A stretch of DNA of 64,000 bases from a virus (IMGVR_UViG_3300035698_010466:1-64000), one strand, 5' to 3'; positions 47,540 to 58,895 are shown, numbered from the stretch's first letter. A program made the numbers and translations. Notes: generated from the letters alone by a model not told the origin.

Positions 47540-48155
47540 AACTTACAAAGAATTAGCAATTGAGTTTCAAAAAACTCGCTCAGTAAAGGCTTATAACGAA
47601 CTTTATCGTAAAATAAAACCAGGGTTATCAAGATATGTATATAACATTGTCAAAGATCAATCCATTGCAGATGACATAGTTTCTTCAACATTAACTACAA
47701 TTTATTTAAAAATTGATCAGTATAATGAAGAATACCAAATTACTACATGGGCTTATAAAATTGCATATAATGAATGCATAGGATGGATTAGGCACCGTAA
47801 CAAAAAAGTAAGTTTAAATGTATTTACTGATGCAGGTGTTGACCCATCAGTAAAAGTTTCAATAGGAGCTCTTGATGAAAATTTTATTAAAACTGATGAA
47901 GATTTTATTGAAGAGGATAATATCATTGATGAACAAACACGACTAACAAAGGAAGCTATTTATGCATTACCTCCGATGTATAAGAAATATGTAGTTGAAA
48001 GATTTATACACAATAAATCATATCTTGATATTTTAGATGTAATGAAAACACATGAAAGAAATATAAATTTACAAACTGTAAAGAATAGAATATTTCGTGG
48101 CAGAAACATTATTAAAAACCAATTAGAAAAAATGAGAGTTTTTAATGAAGTTTAA
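47526..48155 (+). CDS. ECF-type sigma-70 family factor
   Basis: ADDIV...KIDQY...TTWAYKIAYN (region 2); LP..YK...TVKNRIFRGR (region 4). Confidence 0.85.
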   Translation: MRKSKTYKELAIEFQKTRSVKAYNELYRKIKPGLSRYVYNIVKDQSIADDIVSSTLTTIYLKIDQYNEEYQITTWAYKIAYNECIGWIRHRNKKVSLNVFTDAGVDPSVKVSIGALDENFIKTDEDFIEEDNIIDEQTRLTKEAIYALPPMYKKYVVERFIHNKSYLDILDVMKTHERNINLQTVKNRIFRGRNIIKNQLEKMRVFNEV

Positions 48156-48170
48156 AAATAATATAATGTT

Positions 48171-48614
48171 ATGTATATAAATGACTTAATACATGAAGCA
48201 AAAATATGGTATAAAGTAAGAAAGATTGCCAAAGAAAATTTAGAAATTTTAGATGAAAATGGATTTAGGGTTGATTGGGTAGGCCGTATTTATACAATTA
48301 TTAATTTACCTGAAGAAGTTATTACTCAGCCTGTTTCAGAAAATGCATACGTTCTTATGACTATGCAAAAATTCAATCAACTATTTTTAGATTTAGGAAT
48401 AGGCAGTGATGTTTTTCCAACATTAAAAAAACTACCAAATCGATTTGCTTATCTTTTATATTTGTCACCGGATAGAGAATTTTTTAAATTTTGGAAAATG
48501 ACTAAATTTTTATTCAGCATAGTCGGATTAGCAATATTACTTCGAATAATCGGTGGTTTGTTTGTTAAGTATTGGGATTATCTTTCTGGATTAATAAGTA
48601 GCATAAATTTATAA
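48171..48614 (+). CDS. hypothetical protein with a C-terminal TM segment
   Basis: ORF track. Confidence 0.6.
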   Translation: MYINDLIHEAKIWYKVRKIAKENLEILDENGFRVDWVGRIYTIINLPEEVITQPVSENAYVLMTMQKFNQLFLDLGIGSDVFPTLKKLPNRFAYLLYLSPDREFFKFWKMTKFLFSIVGLAILLRIIGGLFVKYWDYLSGLISSINL

Positions 48615-48615
48615 T

Positions 48616-49344
48616 ATGTCAATAGTAACTCAAACAATTAATAATAAGCGATATTACTTAATAAGAGATGCGAAACTTCCATCTGTAACATCTATTATTG
48701 GTTCTATGACCGATGATTCATGGTTAGAGAAATGGGAGAAGCGTATAGGTAAAGAAGAAGCTAATCGTATTACAATATTTTCAGCTAATCGTGGTACTAT
48801 CATGCATCAAATGTGTGAGTACTTTTTAGGGTCTATCTTAGAAACTCAAAGAGATCGTTTAATAGAAACACAAACAAGAATAATTAAATTTGTTGAAAAA
48901 GAAGGTTTTACTGACGAGGAATTAAATGTAGGCAGAAAATTATTTTATACATTTTATAATAATGGATTATTCGATAAGATAAAAGATGTAATTAGTTTAG
49001 AGGAGGCGTTGTACTCACATGTATGCGGCGGTTATGCAGGTAGGGTAGATACTATTTATAGAAATAAAAAACTAATGCTACTCATCTTAGATTTTAAGAC
49101 TAGTCGTAAGCTTAAAAAGAAGGAATGGATAAAAAATTATTACATACAAACTGCCGCATATTTTTTAGCTTATTGGGAAATGACAGGCATAAGACCTGAT
49201 GGCGGTGAAGTTTGGATTGCAGTAGAAGATAATGTACCACAAGTCTTTGAAATTTCTTGGGAAGAGATCAAAGAATATGGTAAAGAATTTTTAATGATGG
49301 TTAAAGATTATCATAAACAATATCCCTTACCTAAGAATATATAA
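48616..49344 (+). CDS. PD-(D/E)XK exonuclease
   Basis: PSVTSI, RGT.MH, AGRVD, LDFKTS, Q..AY. Confidence 0.85.
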   Translation: MSIVTQTINNKRYYLIRDAKLPSVTSIIGSMTDDSWLEKWEKRIGKEEANRITIFSANRGTIMHQMCEYFLGSILETQRDRLIETQTRIIKFVEKEGFTDEELNVGRKLFYTFYNNGLFDKIKDVISLEEALYSHVCGGYAGRVDTIYRNKKLMLLILDFKTSRKLKKKEWIKNYYIQTAAYFLAYWEMTGIRPDGGEVWIAVEDNVPQVFEISWEEIKEYGKEFLMMVKDYHKQYPLPKNI

Positions 49345-49359
49345 AAAAATAATTACCCA

Positions 49360-49650
49360 ATGACCATAAAAAAATTCGCTGAGTTTATTTCTGAAGAATC
49401 TAAATATATTAGAGATAAGAAAGTTAAACACATAGAAGATATCGAAATTAAAGATGGATCTGATAAAAAATTAGAAAAAGAGGTTGATGATTATATGATT
49501 AAAAAAGGCGAGGCATGTCCTCGTTGTGGTGAAGAACCTGATGATTGTGTTTGTAAAGATAAGGATCCGTGGTCAACTCAAAATTATCACAGAGTTCCTA
49601 AAGGAAAGGTGAAAGAGAATAAACCTAAACAAAAATTCAAATCTGATTAA
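49360..49650 (+). CDS. small protein with a CxxC...CxC motif, possible internal head protein
   Basis: N-terminus MTIKKFAEFISE; CPRCG...CVC. Confidence 0.55.
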   Translation: MTIKKFAEFISEESKYIRDKKVKHIEDIEIKDGSDKKLEKEVDDYMIKKGEACPRCGEEPDDCVCKDKDPWSTQNYHRVPKGKVKENKPKQKFKSD

Positions 49651-49652
49651 TT

Positions 49653-49943
49653 ATGAACAATTTTAATAAATTTTTTAAAGATAATGGTATGATTATAATA
49701 ATAGTCATATTATTATTGTTTTATATTAAATCATGTAATATACATTCTGATGTAGAGAAAACGCAAACCCAAGTAAATAGTATTGAATATAAGATTGATT
49801 CATTAACACAAGTTACAATAGATGAAGATGAAATGGTTGATATCATTAAAGATACACCAGCTTGGAAAACTCTAAGACTTGAAGAAATATCTGATAAAGA
49901 ACATATTTCTATTAATGTCTTAGAAGAAAAAGAAAAGGAATAA
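49653..49943 (+). CDS. small membrane-anchored protein
   Basis: N-terminal TM segment followed by a coiled coil. Confidence 0.55.
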   Translation: MNNFNKFFKDNGMIIIIVILLLFYIKSCNIHSDVEKTQTQVNSIEYKIDSLTQVTIDEDEMVDIIKDTPAWKTLRLEEISDKEHISINVLEEKEKE

Positions 49944-51148
49944 TGTCTGTAACATATAACGTATCGGATCCATCTTGTTCAATGTCATCTTGTTCAAGAA
50001 TTATTGCACAAGTTAGTTGTATTGATATAATTATGCAAGGGACTACAAGCTGCATAGACATTCAATTATTTGATAGTGATGGAAATCCATTAGATTTAAC
50101 TACTATTGATAAAATAGAATTAAAAGTATTTAATGAACTTGAATGTGTTATTGGAAATTTTTGGTACCCTGAGATACCTTTAAATGAAAATGGATCTTTA
50201 TTAGGAATATTACAAGAAACTGCGACTGGTGGTACAATTGTTAATAAAGGCATCATAAGAGTATGTTTAGCATCAACTACAACTCACACATCACCTGGTG
50301 GTATTTTTGCTGAAATTTTATTGTACACTGAACTTGGAATAGACACGGGATCAACCGGTGGTGAAATGCAATATGATATTGTAGGAATTCCATGTTTTCA
50401 AATAGGAACAATTATTGAATCTAAAATTCTTAATAGTGAATCTGGATTATCAGAAGGTGTTGGTATAAGAGTATTTGGAGGTACGCAGGGAACACAGGGT
50501 ATTCAAGGAATAATTGGAAGCCAAGGTACACAGGGTATTCAGGGTATAATTGGAAATCAAGGTGTCCAGGGAATCCAAGGAACGTTTGGAATTCAAGGTA
50601 TAATTGGAATTCAAGGTGTCCAGGGAATTCAAGGGATGCTTGGAATTCAAGGAACTCAAGGAATTCAAGGAACTCAAGGAACTCAAGGAATTCAAGGTAT
50701 TTTAGGAGTTCAAGGTATTCAGGGTGTAGCAGGATTTGGTTTTGGTGAATATTTTACATTAAGTGCATTTACTATACCTTCTCATAAGGCTGATGTTTTA
50801 ACATTATATGATAAAGATTATAATCAATTTTCACATTATGACATAGACAATAATACTATAGTATGGTTTGAAGCAAGTATTGTAGCAATTGGTGGAACCG
50901 ATAACATTTATGCAACATGGCTATATAGAGGTAGTATACAAAGAGGAAGCACTTTAATTTCTCTTATATGGTCTTATGCTGGCGATCCGGTATTAGTTCA
51001 TGGCGGTAATCAATTTGATTTAGAATTAACAGTACGTCTTAATAATAGTTCTAATGGTGGATTGGATTTTTATGTGGACAGTGATAACATCACTGATATT
51101 GTTTATTGGGCAGGGGAATTAAAAATTATAAAAAGAACTTTTATATAA
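49943..51148 (+). CDS. virion/fibre protein with collagen-like G-X-Q repeats
   Basis: (GIQ/GTQ/GVQ)n at about 50477-50727. Confidence 0.7.
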   Translation: MSVTYNVSDPSCSMSSCSRIIAQVSCIDIIMQGTTSCIDIQLFDSDGNPLDLTTIDKIELKVFNELECVIGNFWYPEIPLNENGSLLGILQETATGGTIVNKGIIRVCLASTTTHTSPGGIFAEILLYTELGIDTGSTGGEMQYDIVGIPCFQIGTIIESKILNSESGLSEGVGIRVFGGTQGTQGIQGIIGSQGTQGIQGIIGNQGVQGIQGTFGIQGIIGIQGVQGIQGMLGIQGTQGIQGTQGTQGIQGILGVQGIQGVAGFGFGEYFTLSAFTIPSHKADVLTLYDKDYNQFSHYDIDNNTIVWFEASIVAIGGTDNIYATWLYRGSIQRGSTLISLIWSYAGDPVLVHGGNQFDLELTVRLNNSSNGGLDFYVDSDNITDIVYWAGELKIIKRTFI

Positions 51149-51151
51149 ATT

Positions 51152-51907
51152 ATGAAAAATAAAATAGTACATTATTCAATTATAATAATATTTGCTAGTT
51201 TATATTTTTTGGTTGCTACAATATCAATGATAAATTCTGTATCATTTTTCGATATTGCTCACGAAGGAATTATGAATTGGGCATTAGCAATAGGATTTGA
51301 ATTAGGTGCAGCTGCATCATTGGCGGCTATTATAATTTTACAAAAAACAAACCAAACGTTAGTTTGGGGTTTATTTTTAATTTTAACTTCATTTCAAATG
51401 ATGGCTAATTCATTTCATGCGTTCATAAATTTAGAAAATTATATGGCGTGGATTGAACTATTTGGATTACAAGATGAATCATTAATTTATAAAAAAAGAA
51501 TAGTATCAATAGTTAGTGGTGCAATTTTACCTTTAGTGGCACTAGGATTTATTAAATCATTAGTAGATTACATTAGACCGTCATCAAAAGAAGAACCACT
51601 AAAGCCAATACCTGAATACATACCTGACTACAATGAAACCGATGAAACCGTTGATTGGGATACAATAGAAGAATCAAAAGAAAACAAAGATAACAGTACA
51701 AATATAAGTTCCGAATCGGAAACAGTTATAGAGACTGAAGAATTACTTGATGATACATCAGAAAAGGTAGAATCATCGTTACAAACTAAATCTCCAGAAG
51801 AAACTGAACCTCAAATTATTGAGAAACCTTCAGTTGAAGAAACTAAAAAAAATAACGATAATTCTAATAAAAGGGTATATCAAAAGCAACATGTTTATAA
51901 ACCATAA
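51152..51907 (+). CDS. membrane protein with an acidic tail
   Basis: Four TM segments; ORF track. Confidence 0.6.
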   Translation: MKNKIVHYSIIIIFASLYFLVATISMINSVSFFDIAHEGIMNWALAIGFELGAAASLAAIIILQKTNQTLVWGLFLILTSFQMMANSFHAFINLENYMAWIELFGLQDESLIYKKRIVSIVSGAILPLVALGFIKSLVDYIRPSSKEEPLKPIPEYIPDYNETDETVDWDTIEESKENKDNSTNISSESETVIETEELLDDTSEKVESSLQTKSPEETEPQIIEKPSVEETKKNNDNSNKRVYQKQHVYKP

Positions 51908-51955
51908 ATAAACAATCTTCTCTAATTAATTTGTGGATTAAAATAAATGTATAAT

Positions 51956-52681
51956 ATGTCGGGTAAAACCAACGATGATGAGAAATTTCGTAAAAAAAGA
52001 GTTATTAAAAATCCAATTAAGTTTAAATTACAATTAAATGAAGAACAAAAATTAACCAAAGAGCAAATATTAAATAATACCATAACATTACTTGCTGGTA
52101 AAGCAGGAAGTGGAAAAACGTTATTGGCCTGCCAAATTGCATTAGATGGATTATTTAGAAACGAATATAGCAAAATCATAATAACACGTCCAACTGTATC
52201 AAAAGAAGATATCGGTTTTTTACCAGGGGATCTGCATGATAAAATGGATCCATGGGTACAACCAATTTATCAAAACATGTATCTTTTATATGATAAAGTT
52301 AAAATCGATAAATACATATCTGATGGAAAAATTGAAATAGTTCCAGTATCATTTATGCGTGGACGAACTTTTATAGATTCTTGTTTAATTGAAGGTGAAG
52401 TGATATTAACTAAAGATAATGGATATATGAAAGTTGAAGATATTTTAAGCGATATTATACTTGGAATATTTCATAATGTATTATCTTATAATGAAACTAC
52501 TAATATATTTGAATATAAATTATTAGATGCAATATCACCCGCTAACATAAATTCATACATAGAAATTGAATTAGAAAATGGTGATATTACAAAAGTTTCG
52601 TCTGACCATGAATTTTATACCAAACGAGGTTTAATTAAAGCAAAAAATTTATTAGATTCTGATGAAATACTTTCATTATAA
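51956..52681 (+). CDS. phoH: PhoH N-extein plus 99-aa N-intein
   Basis: GKAGSGKT, GFLPGD..KMDPW, MRGRTFIDS/CLIEG...SSDHEF, then a stop. Confidence 0.88.
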   Translation: MSGKTNDDEKFRKKRVIKNPIKFKLQLNEEQKLTKEQILNNTITLLAGKAGSGKTLLACQIALDGLFRNEYSKIIITRPTVSKEDIGFLPGDLHDKMDPWVQPIYQNMYLLYDKVKIDKYISDGKIEIVPVSFMRGRTFIDSCLIEGEVILTKDNGYMKVEDILSDIILGIFHNVLSYNETTNIFEYKLLDAISPANINSYIEIELENGDITKVSSDHEFYTKRGLIKAKNLLDSDEILSL

Positions 52682-52726
52682 GTGATGAAATACACATAAT
52701 AAGAATATATAAAATAAAACTATATA

Positions 52727-54077
52727 ATGAATAATTTTTATATATATGTGTATTTAAACCCATTTAAAAAAATTAAATATATTACATCAGCGCGTTCATT
52801 TGAATATGAACCAATTTATGTTGGTAAAGGAAAATAACCGAATTTTTGATCATATAACACCTAGTTATTTAAAAATTAATAATCATAGATATCATTTACT
52901 AAATAAAATAATTAATGAAGTTGGTTTAGATTATTATAAAGAAAATTTTATTATTAAGATTAAAGATAATTTAATCGAAGATAACGCGTTAAAATTAGAA
53001 TATGATATAATGTATGAATTAGGAACATTTTATGATATACACCCTTTAATTAAAAATGGCCCTTTATTAAATTTTATGTTATGTGGAGTTAAAAATCCTA
53101 TTTTATATGGTAATAAAAATCCAAAGTATAATAGATCTTATTTAGATGTCTGGAAAGAAAAATACCCATTAATAATTTACAATAACATGCTCGAAGATCA
53201 TAAAAAGATATTATCTAATGCTGGTAAAAAATATTGGAATACTTTAAATGAAGGTGATTATAAAAAAAGATGTGAAACCATTAAAAAAAATGTAAACGAA
53301 TATTGGAATAACTTAAGTGAAGATGAATATGAGAATGTCATAAGACAACGAACAAATAATTTTAAAAATTTTTATAAAAAATATAAAACATTTAAAAATT
53401 ATTATATTGAAAAATTTGGATTAGTAGAGGGGTTACAGAAAGAAGCTGAACGAAATATGAGTATTAGTATAGGTATACTTAATTTTTGGAAAAATGCATC
53501 TGATGATTTTAAAAATAAACATAAACTAAATTCTTATAAAGGTCTCAAGATTTTCTTTGATAATTATTATAGTGTTGATAATTATCAATTACAGAAATTA
53601 GGACATGCTGAATTTAAAAAATATAAAGTAAAACTTAGCAAAAAACAATCAAATTCACAAAAATTAAGATGGCAAAATATAACAGAATATGAAAAAACAA
53701 TAATGTCTAATAAGAAAAAACAACAATATAAAAATTTTATTAATACACTGTCTAACGAAGAATATTTGGAATATAAAAAAAGTATATCAGGCAAAAATAA
53801 TCCAATGTATGGCAAAGGTGATTTAGTAAAGGGTAATAAAAACGGTAGAGCTACACAATGGATTATTCATATGCCTACCGGTGAAAAATATTTTTGTGAT
53901 GGGAGTTTTAAAAGATTTTGTAAGGATATTTTACGAAAATATAAACCACAACCTCATAGAAAATATTTAATGGAAATATTAAATACAAATGAACCTATTA
54001 ATGGTTGGTATTTTAAAAAAATTAATAAAAATATTGATCAAAATATTGATAAAAAAAAATATATCATTTATGAATAG
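52727..54077 (+). CDS. GIY-YIG-like homing endonuclease with NUMOD3-like motifs between the intein halves; frameshift near 52835
   Basis: FYIYVYLNP...IYVGKGK* continues as NRIFDH in another frame; GKNNPMYGK. Confidence 0.65.
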
Positions 54078-54468
54078 TATTAAAATAAAAAAAATAACAA
54101 TTATCGATGATCCAGTGTTAAGATATTCAGTAAATGTACAGGATAATCATAATTATATATCAACTGGAAATTTATTATCAAAAAATTGTATAATTGTAGA
54201 TGAAGCACAAAATGTTACAAATGACCAAATGGAAATGATTGTTACAAGAGTAGGGCTAAGATCTAAAATGGTCATATGTGGAGATGATGGGCAAGTAGAT
54301 TTAAAAAATAGAAAAGATTCAGGTTTTAAATTTTTATATAAATGCTCTTCTAAGATTAAAAATTTAGAAGCAATTACTTTATTACAAAATCATAGAGATC
54401 CTATTGTAGATGATCTTATTGATGTTTATAATGAAGAATATGAAAAAAGAAATGGTAAAAATAAATAA
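54070..54468 (+). CDS. phoH: 39-aa C-intein plus PhoH C-extein
   Basis: IKKITII...YSVNVQDNHNY...LSKN/CIIVDEAQN...TR.G..SK..ICGD..Q.DL. Confidence 0.88.
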   Translation: MNSIKIKKITIIDDPVLRYSVNVQDNHNYISTGNLLSKNCIIVDEAQNVTNDQMEMIVTRVGLRSKMVICGDDGQVDLKNRKDSGFKFLYKCSSKIKNLEAITLLQNHRDPIVDDLIDVYNEEYEKRNGKNK

Positions 54469-54475
54469 AGAAATT

Positions 54476-55414
54476 ATGTGGCTTAAATTTGGTTCAAAAG
54501 GAAATGATGTAAAAACATTACAAAAATTTTTAGGTATAAGTATCGATGGAATATTTGGTAAAAAAACAGAAAATCATGTAATGCATTGGCAAAGAGATCA
54601 TATGTTAAAAGATGATGGAATTGTTGGTAATATTACATGGAAGTCTATGATGGTATCAGCAACAACAGATTTACAAGAAAATCAAAATCATAATTTTCTT
54701 ATTCATAAATATCATTTATCTGATGATGAATATCTTAAAGCAAATATTAAACCTTTGTGGATTTTTATACATCATACCGCCGGTTGGGATAATCCATATA
54801 CTACAATTAAAGATTGGGAAACTGATTCACGAGGTCCGGTTGGAGTTAAATATGTTATAGGTGGAAAATCTGTAAAGGGTGGTACACCAAAATATGATGG
54901 GGAAATTGTCGAAGCAATACCTGATGAAAACTGGGCTTGGCATTTAGGTATAGGTACTACTAATATGCATAAAAATTCAATAGGAATCGAATTATGTAAT
55001 TTTGGTTATTTAGAACTTGGTGGATATCATAAGTATGATAATAAAACACGAAAGAAAATATGGATTCCTAAAGATTCTAATAAGTATTATACATATGTAG
55101 GTACTATTGTTGTTAAAAGTGAAGTTGTTGAATTAGATAAACCTTTTAAAGGATATAAGTATTGGCATCGATATTCAGATAATCAAATTAAATCACTCAA
55201 AGAATTATTATTATGGTTAATTGATCATTATAATATAGACATCTCATTCAGTTTACCTCAAATGATAGTACAACATGGCGATGAAGCATTCGATTTTAAT
55301 AACGATGTACTTAAAGGGAGTGTTAAAGGCATCTTTTCTCATTCAAACGTGCGTCATGATAAGGTTGATATTTTTCCACAAAAGGAAATGAAAGATATGT
55401 TAATGAGTTTATAA
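54476..55414 (+). CDS. endolysin: peptidoglycan-binding domain plus N-acetylmuramoyl-L-alanine amidase
   Basis: LKFGSKG.DV..LQ..DGIFG; IHHTA, AWH.G, SIGIE, SH..VR.DK.D. Confidence 0.85.
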   Translation: MWLKFGSKGNDVKTLQKFLGISIDGIFGKKTENHVMHWQRDHMLKDDGIVGNITWKSMMVSATTDLQENQNHNFLIHKYHLSDDEYLKANIKPLWIFIHHTAGWDNPYTTIKDWETDSRGPVGVKYVIGGKSVKGGTPKYDGEIVEAIPDENWAWHLGIGTTNMHKNSIGIELCNFGYLELGGYHKYDNKTRKKIWIPKDSNKYYTYVGTIVVKSEVVELDKPFKGYKYWHRYSDNQIKSLKELLLWLIDHYNIDISFSLPQMIVQHGDEAFDFNNDVLKGSVKGIFSHSNVRHDKVDIFPQKEMKDMLMSL

Positions 55415-55487
55415 TGAATAAAATAATTAAATAATATGAAACTAATTAATGGTTTGATTATATAAAAATAAAATAAAAATTATAATT

Positions 55488-55763
55488 ATGACAAATAATC
55501 AAGTTCCAGATGAATTAAATGCTTCGCAAGCTATTAATGTATTAATACAAGCTGTTAGAATTGGTCAATCTAAAGGGGCATTTACTATAGAAGATGCTGA
55601 ATTGATTGGAAAGGCAATTAAATTATTTAATCCTCCAGCTGATGGGGATACTCAAACCGATCCTGCTATGAATGAAACTCCGGAAGCTCCATCATCTACT
55701 AAGCCAATAGTAAAAAAAACTGCTCTTAAACAAGTAAAGACACCTACTAAAAATAAGAAATAG
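55488..55763 (+). CDS. hypothetical protein
   Basis: ORF track. Confidence 0.6.
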   Translation: MTNNQVPDELNASQAINVLIQAVRIGQSKGAFTIEDAELIGKAIKLFNPPADGDTQTDPAMNETPEAPSSTKPIVKKTALKQVKTPTKNKK

Positions 55764-55852
55764 AATTAATTTTTGATATTATGAATTAGGAGAGGATATA
55801 TTAATATATTCTCTTTCCTATTTGTATGAATATATATATAAAATTAACTATA

Positions 55853-57346
55853 ATGACAAAGAAGCTGATTAGAAAATTGAATTTACGTACAGTTACTTCA
55901 TATGTTCCTAAAAATGCAAAGGTAAATATAAAAGTAAAACATATAAAAACAGCTAAACCTTCTACAGCTAAACCTTCTACAGAAAATGCAAAAATTAAAA
56001 CTGTCATGTATAATAAAACTTCTATAAATTTACCTAGACGAAGAAGTAATAGAGTATTTATTATTGGTGGTGGTCCTAGTGTATCAAATTTTGATATAAC
56101 TTCATTAGTAAATGAAGAAACTATTTGTATAAACAAATCAATTGACATTATACCTAATCCTACATATTTTATTACTATGGATTATAGTTTTTTTGGTAAA
56201 ATTAATTCTAGTATAAAATCAATTACAAGTAAAGCAAAATATAGTTACTTTATTCTTAATCGTGAACATTCTTTTATAAAAATTGAAAAAGGTATAGTTA
56301 GAGATACTAGAATTAACATGGTTTATAGAAATATACATAATTTTACGAATGTTATAGAATCATTTAGAAGCTCAAATGATGGAAAATTTGGATTAGACGT
56401 TAAGCATTTTTCTCATGGGTCTAATAGTGGATTTTGTGCTATACAGCTTGCATTGTTATTAGGCTATGAAGAGATATATCTTGTTGGTTTTGATTTAACA
56501 ACAGAAGGTCATAAAACTCATTATCATGATGCATATCAAGAACGTGAAGTACACTTTAAAAGGAAATTAGATAGTTATAAACAATCATTAGAAACTGCAA
56601 TTAATCACCTAGATAAAAAGAACTCCCGAATTTTTACATTAACAGATTCTCCAGTTATAATTAAGATTGTGCCTAAGATAAATATTGCCGATTTAAGTAA
56701 CACTAAACAAAGTATAATTAAATCTCAAAATAAACCTTCACAAATGTCTAAGTTAAATAATTTAATGATAGTTGCATATTATACATTAAATACTCCATAT
56801 GAACAAGAAGCAAATAAATTAAAAACATCTTTAGATAAATTAGGTTTACATTATGATATTGTAGGCGTCCAGAATTTAGGTAATTGGCAAGCGAATACTC
56901 GATTTAAAGCTAAATTTATGGAGGATATGCTAGTAAAACATAAGAATAAAAATTTATTATATGTTGACGCTGATGCTATATTTCATAGTGTACCAGTATT
57001 ATTTGAAAATTATGACTGTGATATTGGAGTTAGATGGCAAGACTTTAGATGGAGAAAAAATGAATGTCTAAGTGGTACGATTTATATGGCTAATAATCAA
57101 ACGACATTAGACTTATGTAAAAAATGGCAGAACATTAATGTTAGGGAAGGTAATAAAGCTAAAACATTTGAACAATGGAATCTTGGTAAAGTTATTGAAG
57201 AAATGCGGAATAAAGGTAAATTAAAAGATAAAAATTTACCACCAGAGTATACATTTATTTTTGATAGTATGAAAAAAATGTATCCCAATATTAAACCAAT
57301 TATTGAACATTTTCAAGCAAGTAGAAGGCTTCGCAATCAAGTGTAA
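55853..57346 (+). CDS. DUF115-like domain fused to a nucleotide-diphospho-sugar transferase (GT-A)
   Basis: GGGPS, NSGFCAIQLA..LG..EIYLVGFD; YVDADA, EQWNL, LPPEY, IEHFQASR. Confidence 0.7.
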   Translation: MTKKLIRKLNLRTVTSYVPKNAKVNIKVKHIKTAKPSTAKPSTENAKIKTVMYNKTSINLPRRRSNRVFIIGGGPSVSNFDITSLVNEETICINKSIDIIPNPTYFITMDYSFFGKINSSIKSITSKAKYSYFILNREHSFIKIEKGIVRDTRINMVYRNIHNFTNVIESFRSSNDGKFGLDVKHFSHGSNSGFCAIQLALLLGYEEIYLVGFDLTTEGHKTHYHDAYQEREVHFKRKLDSYKQSLETAINHLDKKNSRIFTLTDSPVIIKIVPKINIADLSNTKQSIIKSQNKPSQMSKLNNLMIVAYYTLNTPYEQEANKLKTSLDKLGLHYDIVGVQNLGNWQANTRFKAKFMEDMLVKHKNKNLLYVDADAIFHSVPVLFENYDCDIGVRWQDFRWRKNECLSGTIYMANNQTTLDLCKKWQNINVREGNKAKTFEQWNLGKVIEEMRNKGKLKDKNLPPEYTFIFDSMKKMYPNIKPIIEHFQASRRLRNQV

Positions 57347-57370
57347 ATATAACTAAAATAAGGTATAAAC

Positions 57371-58111
57371 GTGAAAGAAGCTATTAATTATAGAGTAACA
57401 ATACTTATTCCAACATATAATAGGGCAAATTTAATTAATAGAACTATTGAAAATTGTTTTGAACAAACATTCAAAAAGTTTAAGATTATAATTTATGATG
57501 ATGGGAGTACTGATGATACCGCTATTATTATTAAGAAATTACAAATTAAATATCCTAATAGAATTAAATACATTAAAGGTAAAATTAACAATGGAGTAGG
57601 ATTTTCTAGAAATATATTGCTTAAAAATTTAACTACGGAATATGGAGTTTGGCTTGATAGTGATGATATCATGGATTCCAATAGGCTTTATAAATGTATA
57701 AAATATATGAATAGGCATAAAGATGTGTCAATTGTATATTCATATATTAGTAGATTTACTGAAATTGATGGAATTTTTACAACTAAAGGATCTGAAATAA
57801 AACTTGACACATCTAAATTTGATAAGACAGATTATAATAGTTTAAAATCTAATACAACTTGTGCAACCGCATTCTTTAGAAATACTATAAAGAATGTAGA
57901 AATAGAACTATTAAGATATGGTAGTGAAGATGTCCTATGGCTATGGAAAATTTTAAATATGAATATTAAAGTTGGACAGATATCAGAATCTTTATATTTT
58001 TATAGAGTTCATAATGATAGACTAGGTATAGAAAAACGAACAAAAACTGAGAAAAAAAGGTTAGAAGATATTATCATTTTTGAAAAAATAAATGAATATA
58101 GAAATGGATAA
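57371..58111 (+). CDS. GT2 glycosyltransferase
   Basis: ILIPTYNR, DDGSTD, SRN, LDSDD, ED. Confidence 0.85.
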   Translation: MKEAINYRVTILIPTYNRANLINRTIENCFEQTFKKFKIIIYDDGSTDDTAIIIKKLQIKYPNRIKYIKGKINNGVGFSRNILLKNLTTEYGVWLDSDDIMDSNRLYKCIKYMNRHKDVSIVYSYISRFTEIDGIFTTKGSEIKLDTSKFDKTDYNSLKSNTTCATAFFRNTIKNVEIELLRYGSEDVLWLWKILNMNIKVGQISESLYFYRVHNDRLGIEKRTKTEKKRLEDIIIFEKINEYRNG

Positions 58112-58895
58112 GATTTATGCTAGATGGTATAAGCATACTCCGAATTGGGGAGATGCTTTAAATAAAGTAATGATAGAAAAAATCTCAGGTAAAACTGCTA
58201 CATGGATTAATACTAACGATGGTAACATTATTGAAAAATATATTGTGTTAGGCAGTATACTCCAATGGGCTGATGAACATACTATTATTTGGGGACCAGG
58301 ATTTATTGCTGATGATAGAAGGTTATCAAAGAAGCCTAAAAAGATTTGCGCAGTTCGTGGGCCTTTAACTAGAGATATTATATTAAAACAGGGATATGAT
58401 TGTCCTGAGGTTTATGGCGATCCTGCTTTACTTTATCCAAGATTTTATAATCCTAAAAATATTAAAAAGAAACATAAGATTGGAATAATTCCTCATTATA
58501 TTGATGCCGATTGTGCATGGATCAACAGATTAAAGAAACATGATATTAAGATCATAAATATATTAGATCCTATTAATAAAGTGGTTGATGAAATTTTAGA
58601 ATGCGAAAGAATAGCAACAAGTTCATTACATGGTATTATTGCTGCTGATGCGTATGGCATACCATCAACATGGATAAAATTATCAGATAAAGTATTAGGT
58701 GATGGTTTTAAATTTAGAGATTATTTTATGTCAGTAGGCAGAAAGGATAGAAATCCATTAGTCGTTAGTGAACATACATCATTAAAAAAGGTACATGCTC
58801 AGTTTTATGAATATACGATAGCTATTGATTTAGATAAATTATGGAAAGCATGTACCCTTTTAAAAAATAAGAATATGAAAAAACGACACAATTAA
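58104..58895 (+). CDS. polysaccharide pyruvyl transferase
   Basis: NWGD, GSIL, AVRGPLT, GDPALL, SSLHG. Confidence 0.85.
   Translation: MDKIYARWYKHTPNWGDALNKVMIEKISGKTATWINTNDGNIIEKYIVLGSILQWADEHTIIWGPGFIADDRRLSKKPKKICAVRGPLTRDIILKQGYDCPEVYGDPALLYPRFYNPKNIKKKHKIGIIPHYIDADCAWINRLKKHDIKIINILDPINKVVDEILECERIATSSLHGIIAADAYGIPSTWIKLSDKVLGDGFKFRDYFMSVGRKDRNPLVVSEHTSLKKVHAQFYEYTIAIDLDKLWKACTLLKNKNMKKRHN

Noticed and set aside
52826-52840. GGA AAA TAA in the PhoH-associated endonuclease as a third bypass element
   Set aside because: No upstream GC-rich stem; motif spacing is restored by adding A's to a homopolymer, so this is an error or endonuclease decay.
58850-58895. Odd C-terminus and start overlap of the pyruvyl transferase genes
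   Set aside because: Several local single-base indels relative to the paralogue ending CPFKRK*, consistent with low-quality consensus.
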